Below, piece by piece: positions 27,322-35,250 of a DNA stretch of 39,289 nt. Each line of letters opens with the position of its first letter. Positions within the stretch are counted from its first letter, which is position 1. The DNA is from Acidimicrobiia bacterium (lineage in GTDB: Bacteria > Actinomycetota > Acidimicrobiia > Acidimicrobiales > SZUA-35). A program made the position numbers and the translations under genes. The DNA lies in contig JAOTYQ010000002.1 in the NCBI GenBank assembly GCA_029861725.1, positions 1 through 39,289 of the forward strand. The letters run 5' to 3'. Below the pieces are notes generated by a model. That model was not told where the DNA came from, made no database searches, and was given only the letters and a program-made list of their open reading frames with translations.

Positions 27322-28530
27322 ATGAACCTCGACGGCGTCCGCGTCCTCGACCTGACGCAGTACCTGAGCGGGCCGGCCTGCACGCTGCTGATGGCCGGGC
27401 TCGGCGCCGACGTGATCAAGATCGAGCCCGCGCCCGGCGGCGACGCTTCCCGGCAGCTGCCGATCGTCGACGGACCCCGGTCGTCGTTCTACGTGCAGCA
27501 GAACCGGGGCAAGCGAAGCGTGTGCGTCGACCTGCGCACGCCGGAGGGGATCGCGATCGTGGCCGAGCTGGCCGCCGAGTGCGACGTGTTCGTCGAGAAC
27601 TTCAGCGCCGGCGTGCTCGATCGACGGGGGCTCGGCCAAGACGCCCTCCGGGCAGCCAATCCCGGGCTCGTGTACGCCACGATCTCGGCCTACGGCCGCG
27701 ACACGTCGAAGGCCCACCTCCCGGGCTATGACCTGATCGGTCAGGCCATGGCCGGAACGGTGGCGCTGGCCGGGGAGCCCGACGGCCCCCCACTGGCGGC
27801 CGGAGCGCCCGTCGCCGACGTCGCAGCAGGCATGATGGCGTTCGGGGCGATCGTCAGCGCCCTCTACGGGCGGGTGACGTCCGGCGAGGGGCAGTACATC
27901 GACATCTCGCTCGTCGAGCCGATCTTCAACATGCACCCGTTCCAGATCCAGGGGCCGAGCCTGACCGGAGGCGAGGCCCGACTCCGCCGGACCGGTCGCC
28001 ATTTCGGCGTGATCCCGCCGGCTGGGACATACAAGGGTCCCGAGGGCTGGCTCGCCATCCAGGTGCTCGAGCCGCAGTGGGACCGGCTGTGCGAGGCGGC
28101 GGCCGAGATCGGCCTCGGCGACGACGAGCGGTTCGCCACTCCCGCCGACCGCGCCGCCAACCGCGTGGCGCTGGTCGACGAGCTCGAAGCGTGGATCCAG
28201 ACGTTCCCGTCGGACCGGGCGGTCCTCGATCACTTCGAGGCCCACCGGGTGCCGGCGGGCCCCGTCGTCGATCCGGCCGACGCCCACGAGCACGACTGGT
28301 TCTGGGAGCGGGGGGCGCTGGCCGAGCTGGACGACCCGGTCCTCGGCCGGATGCGGGTGCCCGGCTTCCCGATCCACACCTCGGCCCAACCACCCCGCTC
28401 GGTCGAGCCACCGGCTCCCTTTCTCGGCGAGCACAACGCCCAGGTGCTCGCCGGGTTGCTCGGGTACGACCGGGCCCGTATCGATTCGCTGACCACCGCC
28501 GCCGTCTTGCAGTCCAGCACCAAGGGCTGA
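27322..28530 (+). CDS. Family III CoA-transferase (CaiB/BaiF type), single domain
   Basis: MNLDGVRVLDLTQYLSGPACTLLMAGLGADVIKIEP is present. The catalytic-position Asp166 lies in APVADVAAGMMAFGAIVSAL (codon 27817-27819), followed by SGEGQYIDISL. The start is ATG 27322 with a GAGG-containing leader. Confidence 0.9.
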   Translation: MNLDGVRVLDLTQYLSGPACTLLMAGLGADVIKIEPAPGGDASRQLPIVDGPRSSFYVQQNRGKRSVCVDLRTPEGIAIVAELAAECDVFVENFSAGVLDRRGLGQDALRAANPGLVYATISAYGRDTSKAHLPGYDLIGQAMAGTVALAGEPDGPPLAAGAPVADVAAGMMAFGAIVSALYGRVTSGEGQYIDISLVEPIFNMHPFQIQGPSLTGGEARLRRTGRHFGVIPPAGTYKGPEGWLAIQVLEPQWDRLCEAAAEIGLGDDERFATPADRAANRVALVDELEAWIQTFPSDRAVLDHFEAHRVPAGPVVDPADAHEHDWFWERGALAELDDPVLGRMRVPGFPIHTSAQPPRSVEPPAPFLGEHNAQVLAGLLGYDRARIDSLTTAAVLQSSTKG

Positions 28531-28551
28531 CCGCGCCGAGGGCGACGGTGG

Positions 28552-28566
28552 CCTCGGGGCCCGAGG
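28552..28566. terminator. Small GC palindrome/hairpin after the CoA-transferase gene
   Basis: CCTCGGG-G-CCCGAGG lies 22 nt after the stop and is followed by TT. Confidence 0.2.
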
Positions 28567-28622
28567 TTCCCCAGCCGACAGGTCACGGCACGGACCGGGC
28601 CGGCGCGGTAGCGTCAGGCCCC

Positions 28623-29057
28623 ATGGCACGCATCGACGAGGTGAAGCAACTAGCGGGCAGCGAGCAGGGGCTGTGCGTGGTATCGACCACGCGACCCGAC
28701 GGGTCGGTGCACGCCTCGGTGGTCAACGCTGGACCGATGACCCATCCGGCGACCGGTGCCGAGGTCTTCGCCCTCGTGGCGCGAGGCGCCGCCAACAAGG
28801 TCGGGCTGATCCGAGCAGCGGGGCGGGCGTCGCTGACGTTTCGCCGGGGCTGGCGCTGGGCCGGCGTCGAGGGGCCGGCCGAGGTCATCGACGGCGACAA
28901 CCTGCCGGCGGGGGTCGAGCTGCCTGGCCTCCTGCGGGACATCTTCACCGCCGCCGGGGGCACCCACGATGACTGGGACGAGTTCGACCGGGTCATGGCC
29001 GACGAGCGCCGCCTGGCGATCCTGATCGATCCCGTGCGGGTGATCGGCAACGGCTGA
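28623..29057 (+). CDS. PPOX-class (pyridoxamine 5'-phosphate oxidase fold) oxidoreductase, probably F420-dependent
   Basis: 144 aa. The pattern GLCVVSTTRPDGSVHASVVNAG ... LTFRRGWRWAGVEGPAEVI is typical of the actinobacterial TIGR03618-like family. The start is ATG 28623. Confidence 0.7.
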   Translation: MARIDEVKQLAGSEQGLCVVSTTRPDGSVHASVVNAGPMTHPATGAEVFALVARGAANKVGLIRAAGRASLTFRRGWRWAGVEGPAEVIDGDNLPAGVELPGLLRDIFTAAGGTHDDWDEFDRVMADERRLAILIDPVRVIGNG

Positions 29058-29070
29058 CCACCCCCGAGGC

Positions 29071-29391
29071 TCAGGGCTCGCGTCGCGACTGCGACCACAG
29101 CCGAAGCGACTCGAAGGGGTAGATGCCGGTGGCGTGCCCGTCGTTCCAGGTGATGTTGATGCCCCACGCTCCGTGGAACGCGGCATCGTCGATCCGCAGC
29201 GGGACCGGGCTCCCCGGCCGAGGCCACACATCCTCGCCCCGATCCCGGAGGCTACGGCAGGTGGCGCACGGGCAACCGAGACGGAGCTCCGTCAGTGAGA
29301 ACTCGACGACGAGCTCGTCGGGGAACGTGATCGTGATGCCCCGGTCCCGTTCGACCAGCACATCGAGCGGTTCGCGTTCGTCGTCACTCAT
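29071..29391 (-). CDS. DUF971 domain protein (gamma-butyrobetaine hydroxylase N-terminal-like, Cys-rich)
   Basis: 106 aa with LRLGCPCATCRS and ITWNDGHATGIYPFESLR, as in DUF971. The start overlaps the upstream cupin stop by 8 nt (ATGAGTGA). Confidence 0.8.
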   Translation of the reverse strand: MSDDEREPLDVLVERDRGITITFPDELVVEFSLTELRLGCPCATCRSLRDRGEDVWPRPGSPVPLRIDDAAFHGAWGINITWNDGHATGIYPFESLRLWSQSRREP

Positions 29392-30496
29392 TGCCGTGAG
29401 GCCTCGGCAAAGGACGTGGTGGCAGCCTTACCTCCAGCGCCTCGAAATCCGGCGACCAGCGCCCGAGCCGGTAGCGGTCGGAGCGGGGCAGTGCGACCGC
29501 GTCGGCGGGTCCGACCGTCGTGACCGCCGCTTCCGGTGTTGCGAGGTGGGCCGTGCCTGCGATCAGGAACACGAAGAGCAGCTCGTGGTCACCGTCGGCA
29601 AACAGCTCCGGGCTCGGTTCCCGGCCGGCCGAGCGGACCACCCGGGCCGACGCGAGCCCACCGGTCGCGTCGGCCATGCCCAGATCCCCGACGGTGGCCC
29701 CCGAGGGGTCGGCCGACCACGTCGCCTCGGCCGCGATGTGGCGGAGGAATCGCTGGCCTTCGAAGACTCGCTCGGGCCGCAGGCGGCCCGTCGGGAGCTG
29801 CGTTCTCCGGTCGGCCAACGTGTCGTGCCGAGCCGGACACCCGAGCTCGACGACTTCGAGCCCGTCCGAGCTCTCGAGCACTCGGTGACGGATACCGGGC
29901 GGTTGCAGCACGCAATCGCCCGGCTCCATCACGAACGGCAGCCCTTGGTCTTCGTAGACGACCCGGACCCAGCCCCGCAGGCAGTAGATCATCTGGAACC
30001 GGATCCGGTGGTGGTGCACGTAGTCGGGCACCGGACCTGCGTCGGCGATCCGGATGTGGGACGCGATGAAGCGACCGCCCTGCCGTGCGGGCAGAAGGTC
30101 GCGGTAGGCCATCGACGCCCGGCCGGTGCCGAACGTCGCCGCATCGAAGCGCGACAGCTCGAAGCGGGGCTCGACCGGTGGGAGGTCCAGCTGACGGTCG
30201 GCGGCGAGGACTTCGATCGTGGTTCCGCCGGGGGCCCTCAGCTCGGGCCCGAGCCGGGCCGCGGTGGCGGTGTCGCAGGTGAGTCGGAGCCGTACCGGGG
30301 ACGGGGGCCCTGTACCTGGGCTCGACCGATCTCCGGCTCGGGCATCGAGCCGGAGACGAAGGCCGTGACCGACGACGACGGCCTCCTCCGGATCGTCGGC
30401 CGGCGAGATCAGCGCCAGCTCGAAACCCAGCCGATCGACGAAGAACGTCAGGTCCGGTTCGAGCTCGTCGCAGGCGAGCACCACCTCGCCGATCAC
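29384..30496 (-). CDS. VOC-like N-terminal domain fused to a bicupin; metal-dependent (dioxygenase-like) enzyme
   Basis: The central cupin has motif 1, HHHRIRFQMIYCLRG, with Gln where Glu is usual. Motif 2, GDCVLQPPGIRH, fits G-x5-P-x-G-x2-H exactly. A second, degenerate cupin lies at the C-terminus. Confidence 0.75.
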   Translation of the reverse strand: MIGEVVLACDELEPDLTFFVDRLGFELALISPADDPEEAVVVGHGLRLRLDARAGDRSSPGTGPPSPVRLRLTCDTATAARLGPELRAPGGTTIEVLAADRQLDLPPVEPRFELSRFDAATFGTGRASMAYRDLLPARQGGRFIASHIRIADAGPVPDYVHHHRIRFQMIYCLRGWVRVVYEDQGLPFVMEPGDCVLQPPGIRHRVLESSDGLEVVELGCPARHDTLADRRTQLPTGRLRPERVFEGQRFLRHIAAEATWSADPSGATVGDLGMADATGGLASARVVRSAGREPSPELFADGDHELLFVFLIAGTAHLATPEAAVTTVGPADAVALPRSDRYRLGRWSPDFEALEVRLPPRPLPRPHGNE

Positions 30497-30503
30497 GACG
30501 AGC

Positions 30504-30896
30504 CTACGACGACAGGACGGCGGTGGCCTTGATCTCGACCCTGGCGCCGGGGATCGCCAGCTCGGTGCAGCCGATCGCGGTCCAGGCGGGGTAGGGCTCG
30601 GCGATGGCGGCGTCCTTGGCGGTCATGAAGGCGCCGAGATTGGCGGCCATGTCGACGTGAAAGGTGGTCAGCTCGACGACGTCGTCGAGCGACGCCCCTG
30701 CGGCCGACAGCACGTCGGCCAGGGCTCGGAAGGCGGCGGCGAACTCCTCGCCCGCATCGTCGGGCACGGTCGCTCCGTCGGCCCCGATCACCCCCGAGCA
30801 GTAGAGCGTGTCACCGGCCCGCACGGCGGGGGCGAAGTGGAACCGCTCGTAGGTCTTCTCCGACCCGGGCGGAATGACGACATCGTGTTTGGTCAT
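30504..30896 (-). CDS. RidA/YjgF family enamine/imine deaminase
   Basis: 130 aa with FAPAVRAGDTLYCSGVIG ... RVEIKATAV, as in RidA family members. Confidence 0.85.
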   Translation of the reverse strand: MTKHDVVIPPGSEKTYERFHFAPAVRAGDTLYCSGVIGADGATVPDDAGEEFAAAFRALADVLSAAGASLDDVVELTTFHVDMAANLGAFMTAKDAAIAEPYPAWTAIGCTELAIPGARVEIKATAVLSS

Positions 30897-30918
30897 GGGG
30901 CTGTCCCTTCGGCTGGTG

Positions 30919-31776
30919 TCAGGCGAACTTGGCGGCGAACTCGGCGTGGCTGTCGAGGATGGGCAGGACCTTCTCGGCCGGTGCAGGCGGCAGGCCCAAC
31001 ACGATGCGGGTGCAGCCGGCCTCGACCAGGCTCTCGACGATCTCGCCCTTCGGCGGTGTTCCGAACTGGCCGAATTCCAGCGACTCCGGATCGCGGCCAG
31101 CCTCGGACGCCATCTCCTTGATCTGGGTGATCTGGGCTCCGATGTCGTAGCGGCCGGTGATCGGCATGAACCCGTCGCAGAACTCGACGATGTCCCGCAT
31201 CGTCTTCGGCCCGGCGGCGCCGCCGAGGATCACCGGCGGGTGGGGGCTCTGGTGAGGCTTCGGCCACTGCCACGACGAGCTGAACGACACGTGATCACCG
31301 TCGAACGAGGCCTCGTCTTTCGTCCACAGCTCCTTCATCGCCAGGATGCGCTCCCGCAGAACCGCCCGGCGATCGCCGAACGAGACGCCGTGATGCTCGA
31401 GCTCCTCCTTGTTCCACCCGTAGCCGATACCGAACAGGAACCGTCCGTTGGACAACGCGTCGACGGTTGCCACCTGCTTGGCGAGCCAGATCGGGTCGCG
31501 CTGGGCGACCAGGGTGATCCCCGTCCCGAGCTTGATGTCGGTGGTGACGGCGGCCGCTGCCCCCAGGGCGACGAACTGGTCGTGGGTCCTCCAATACTCC
31601 TCGGGCAGCGGCGGCGCCTTCGGATTCAGGCCCCACGGCGTCTCACGGGACGTCGGGATGTGGCTGTGCTCCGGGAACCAGATCGACTCGAATCCGCGAT
31701 CCTCGGCCTCCTTGGCCAGCTCGATCGGGTTGATCGCCTTGTCGGTTGGGAACATGTTGACGCCGAAGTCGACCAC
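30919..31776 (-). CDS. LLM-class oxidoreductase, probably F420-dependent (TIGR03619-like)
   Basis: The GTG start at 31776 has GAGGAG upstream. VVDFGVNMFPTDKAINPIELAKEAEDRGFESIWFPEHSHIP and DALSNGRFLFGIGYGW are present. The longer track ORF upstream is Arg-rich and unlikely to be coding. Confidence 0.8.
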   Translation of the reverse strand: MVDFGVNMFPTDKAINPIELAKEAEDRGFESIWFPEHSHIPTSRETPWGLNPKAPPLPEEYWRTHDQFVALGAAAAVTTDIKLGTGITLVAQRDPIWLAKQVATVDALSNGRFLFGIGYGWNKEELEHHGVSFGDRRAVLRERILAMKELWTKDEASFDGDHVSFSSSWQWPKPHQSPHPPVILGGAAGPKTMRDIVEFCDGFMPITGRYDIGAQITQIKEMASEAGRDPESLEFGQFGTPPKGEIVESLVEAGCTRIVLGLPPAPAEKVLPILDSHAEFAAKFA

Positions 31777-31832
31777 GGAGGGCTCCTCATCTTCGTTGAT
31801 CTTGTCGGATGGCGATGGTGACGGCCGTGCGG

Positions 31833-32558
31833 TCAGCCGTCCAGGTTGCGACGGAACAGCGCGTGGAGGCGCTCCCAGTGCCGCTCGGACGCCTCCCTGT
31901 GGTACTGCGGGCGCTCGGAGAACGCAAACCCGTGCTCGGTCCCGGGATACCACTCGATCTCCCCTGCGGTCCCGGCAGCGGCCATCGCCTTGTCGAACCG
32001 CTCGATCATCTCCGGCGGGGCGTGGGAATCGTGCTCGGCGCAGGCGAGGTAGATCTCGCCTCGCACGAGTTCGAGGTGATCGTGGGGCGAGTCGTCGGCG
32101 TCGACGGCCAGCCGCACGCCGTGAATCGAAGCGGCCGCCTTGACGCGTTCGTTGTGGGCGGCGGCGGCCATGATCGTGAACGGCCCGCTCATGCAGTAGC
32201 CCACCGTGCCGATCCGCGACGCGTCCGCTGCGCCGTCGCCCTCGGCGTGCTCGATCATGCACCGGGTGTCGTCGACGACCATCGCGTTCGAGAGGCCGCC
32301 CATGAGCTCCACCATCCTGTCCCGGTCGCCGGTCTCGAACAGGTTGAACTCGTCGACCTCCCGGTAGTAGAGCTGGGCGGCCATGACGTAGTAGCCGGCC
32401 GACGCCAACCGCCGCGACATGTTCCGCAGCTCTTCCCGCATTCCCGGGGCGTCCATGAGGAAGAGCACGACCGGATTCGGCCCGTCGCGCTCGGGGTGGA
32501 CGACGAAGGTGGTCATGGTCCCGTCCGGCGTGGTGAGGTCGACGAAGTGCTCGATCAC
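31833..32558 (-). CDS. Dienelactone hydrolase family protein
   Basis: The GTG start at 32558 has AGGAGAA upstream. The nucleophile elbow GYCMSGP and the C-terminal YPGTEHGF are present. Confidence 0.8.
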   Translation of the reverse strand: MIEHFVDLTTPDGTMTTFVVHPERDGPNPVVLFLMDAPGMREELRNMSRRLASAGYYVMAAQLYYREVDEFNLFETGDRDRMVELMGGLSNAMVVDDTRCMIEHAEGDGAADASRIGTVGYCMSGPFTIMAAAAHNERVKAAASIHGVRLAVDADDSPHDHLELVRGEIYLACAEHDSHAPPEMIERFDKAMAAAGTAGEIEWYPGTEHGFAFSERPQYHREASERHWERLHALFRRNLDG

Positions 32559-32786
32559 GGGCTTCTCCTGAGCTGCACGGGATCCGGGTCGGCCCCGAAC
32601 CGGGCGGATGCCGCCCGACCGTAGTTCGTGTCCCGCACCAGCACCCGTCCATCGGTTCACCGCGCCGCCGGTTCCCACCGCCAGCTGGCGCACCGGCCCG
32701 GGCGCTGCGCACACTGACGGGACGAGCCAACGGCCCGCGCCTGCCGCACCCAGGAGGGCCCCGGACCCGTCGGGAGGCAGGCGGTC

Positions 32787-35213
32787 ATGCTCAGCGGATG
32801 GCGAATTCTGGACCTGACCGACCACCGCGGCGAGGTCGGCCCCTTCCTCCTGGCCGACCTCGGAGCCGAGGTCGTCAAGGTCGAGCCGCAGGGTGGTTGC
32901 CCGAGCCGGGCGATCGGGCCGGCCGAGGTTGCATTCTCCGCATACAACGGGAACAAGCACTCGATCGAGTTGTCGGGTGATCGCACCGTCGACCGCCATC
33001 GGCTGGTCGAGCTGCTGACGAGCGTCGACGTCGTAGTCGAGTCGGGACCGCCCGGGCTCCTGGCCGAGCACGGACTCGACCGGGCCGACATCGTCGGCGC
33101 CAATCCTCACATCGTGTCGGTCATCGTGACCCCCTTCGGCCGGTCCGGGCCCCGGGCCGACCAGCCGGCCACCGAGCTGACGATCGGAGCCCTCGGGGGC
33201 TCGATCCGCCTCCAGGGAACGAGGGAGCGAGCACCGGTCCAGATGTCGGTGCCCCAGGTGTGGCGCCACGCCGGGGCCGAGGCCGCCGTCGCCGCCATGG
33301 TGGCCAGCCGGCGGATGACGACGACCGGGCAGCCCCAGTTCGTCGACGTGTCGGCCCAATCGGCGATGACGTGGACCCTGCTCAACGCGATGGAGGCCTA
33401 CGAGGTTCAAGGCCAGGAGTTCGAGCGGAACGGCTCGGAGCTACACCTCAGCATCGCGGTCCAGCTGCGGATCGAGGCCGCCGACGGCTACGTGGTCGGG
33501 GTCCCGACCGGGCGGACCCTGCAGCACATCGCCCCCTGGTTGGTTGAGGAGGGCATCGTCGGCCAGGAGTGGGCCGACGTCGACTGGGCGACCTTCGACC
33601 ATCGGGTCATCGCCGGCGAGCCGACGACCCACTCGATGGCCGAGGTGGCCGACGCGATCTACACCCTGTGCCGCCGCTACCCGAAATGGGAGCTGTTTCG
33701 CCGCAGCCTGAGCTACGGCGCCTCGCTCGCTCCGCTCAACACGCTGACCGATCTACTCGGTTTCGACCACCTCGATGCCCGCTCCTTCTGGCAACCCGGC
33801 GACGCGAGCAACGGCGACTCCGATCCCGCCCGCAACCCCGGTGCCTTCTACTGTCGCAACGGCCTGCGGCCTCCGGTGCGCCGTGGTCGCACCGAGCTCG
33901 ACGGAGCCCCGGACGAGACTCGCGCCCCGGTCCGCCTACCGACCGACGGGCCGGACCGGGCGCCTGCCCGCCGCGCCGGTGCCAACGGCGAAAGCAGGGA
34001 ACCCGAGCTCCCGCTCGCCGGGGTCAAGGTCGTCGACTTCAGCTGGATCGGTGTCGGTCCGATCACCGCCAAGTCGCTGGCCGACCACGGGGCGACGGTG
34101 GTGCGCGTCGAATCGGAGAACCGGCTCGACGGGCTCCGCATGCAGCCCCCCTATGTCGGCGGTGAGTCCGGCCTGAACCGATCGAACTTCTTCGGCACCT
34201 TCAACACCTCCAAGCTCGGCCTGAGCCTCGACCTGAAAACACCAGCCGGGATCGACGTCGCTCGGCGGCTGATCGGCTGGGCCGACGTGGTCGTCGAGAG
34301 CTTCACACCGGGCACGTTCGACCGCCTCGGCCTCGGCTACGCCGAGATGTCGGCGGCGCATCCATCGCTGATCATGGTGAGCACGTCGATGCTCGGCGCC
34401 GGCAGTCCGGCGTCGACGATGGCCGGCTACGGCTATCACGCTGCGGCCATCGCCGGGTTCCAGAACCTCGTTGGGTGGCCCGACCTGCCGCCAGACGGAC
34501 CGTGGCTGGCCTACACCGACACGATCGGGCCGCGGTTCATCACGACCGCGCTGCTCGCCGCCCTCGACCATCGGCGGCGGACCGGCGAAGGCTCCCACCT
34601 CGAGGCCGCTCAGCTGGAGGTGGCGCTGCAGCTCCTCGCCCCGGAGCTCGCGGAGTTCCAGCTCACCGGTGACGAGCCCCGACGGCGAGGAAACCGGGAT
34701 CCCCGCATGGCGCCGCAGGGGGTGTACCCGGTACGCGGCGACGACGAGTGGCTCGCCGTCTCGATCGTCGACGACGATGCCTGGCGCCGGTTCGTCGACG
34801 TGCTCGGCCGGCCCGCCTGGGCCCTGGACCCGGCGCTCGAGACCGCGGCCGGCCGCCAGCAGCACCACGATCGGATCGATGCCCACCTGACCGAGTGGAC
34901 AGCCGATCGAGACGGTCCCGAAGCCGAACAGCTGCTGCGGGACTACGGCATCGCGGCCGGGGTCGTCCAGAGCAGCCGCCAGCTCAGCGACGATCCCCAG
35001 TACCACCATCGGCGGTTCTACCACTACCTGGAGCACAGCGAGGTGGGGGTGGTGCCCTACGCCGGCCATCAGTACCGGATAGAGGGCTACGATCACGGGC
35101 CGCGTCACGCCGCCCCGTGTCTCGGCGAGCACACCTACGAGGTCCTGACCGAGCTGCTCGGTCTCGATCCCGATGAGGTCGGTGCAATCGCGGCCGCCGA
35201 CGCCCTGCTCTGA
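32787..35213 (+). CDS. Tandem double-domain family III CoA-transferase (two CaiB/BaiF modules in one 808-aa chain)
   Basis: Module 1 starts at WRILDLTDHRGEVGPFLLADLGAEVVKVEP. Module 2 starts at about 34011 (LPLAGVKVVDFSWIGVGPITAKSLADHGATVVRVE). A Pro/Arg/Ala-rich linker joins them. GGGAGG lies upstream of the ATG. Confidence 0.85.
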   Translation: MLSGWRILDLTDHRGEVGPFLLADLGAEVVKVEPQGGCPSRAIGPAEVAFSAYNGNKHSIELSGDRTVDRHRLVELLTSVDVVVESGPPGLLAEHGLDRADIVGANPHIVSVIVTPFGRSGPRADQPATELTIGALGGSIRLQGTRERAPVQMSVPQVWRHAGAEAAVAAMVASRRMTTTGQPQFVDVSAQSAMTWTLLNAMEAYEVQGQEFERNGSELHLSIAVQLRIEAADGYVVGVPTGRTLQHIAPWLVEEGIVGQEWADVDWATFDHRVIAGEPTTHSMAEVADAIYTLCRRYPKWELFRRSLSYGASLAPLNTLTDLLGFDHLDARSFWQPGDASNGDSDPARNPGAFYCRNGLRPPVRRGRTELDGAPDETRAPVRLPTDGPDRAPARRAGANGESREPELPLAGVKVVDFSWIGVGPITAKSLADHGATVVRVESENRLDGLRMQPPYVGGESGLNRSNFFGTFNTSKLGLSLDLKTPAGIDVARRLIGWADVVVESFTPGTFDRLGLGYAEMSAAHPSLIMVSTSMLGAGSPASTMAGYGYHAAAIAGFQNLVGWPDLPPDGPWLAYTDTIGPRFITTALLAALDHRRRTGEGSHLEAAQLEVALQLLAPELAEFQLTGDEPRRRGNRDPRMAPQGVYPVRGDDEWLAVSIVDDDAWRRFVDVLGRPAWALDPALETAAGRQQHHDRIDAHLTEWTADRDGPEAEQLLRDYGIAAGVVQSSRQLSDDPQYHHRRFYHYLEHSEVGVVPYAGHQYRIEGYDHGPRHAAPCLGEHTYEVLTELLGLDPDEVGAIAAADALL

Positions 35214-35250
35214 GTCGCAGTTGTGGGCCGGCTCCTTCGGGGGCGGTGAA

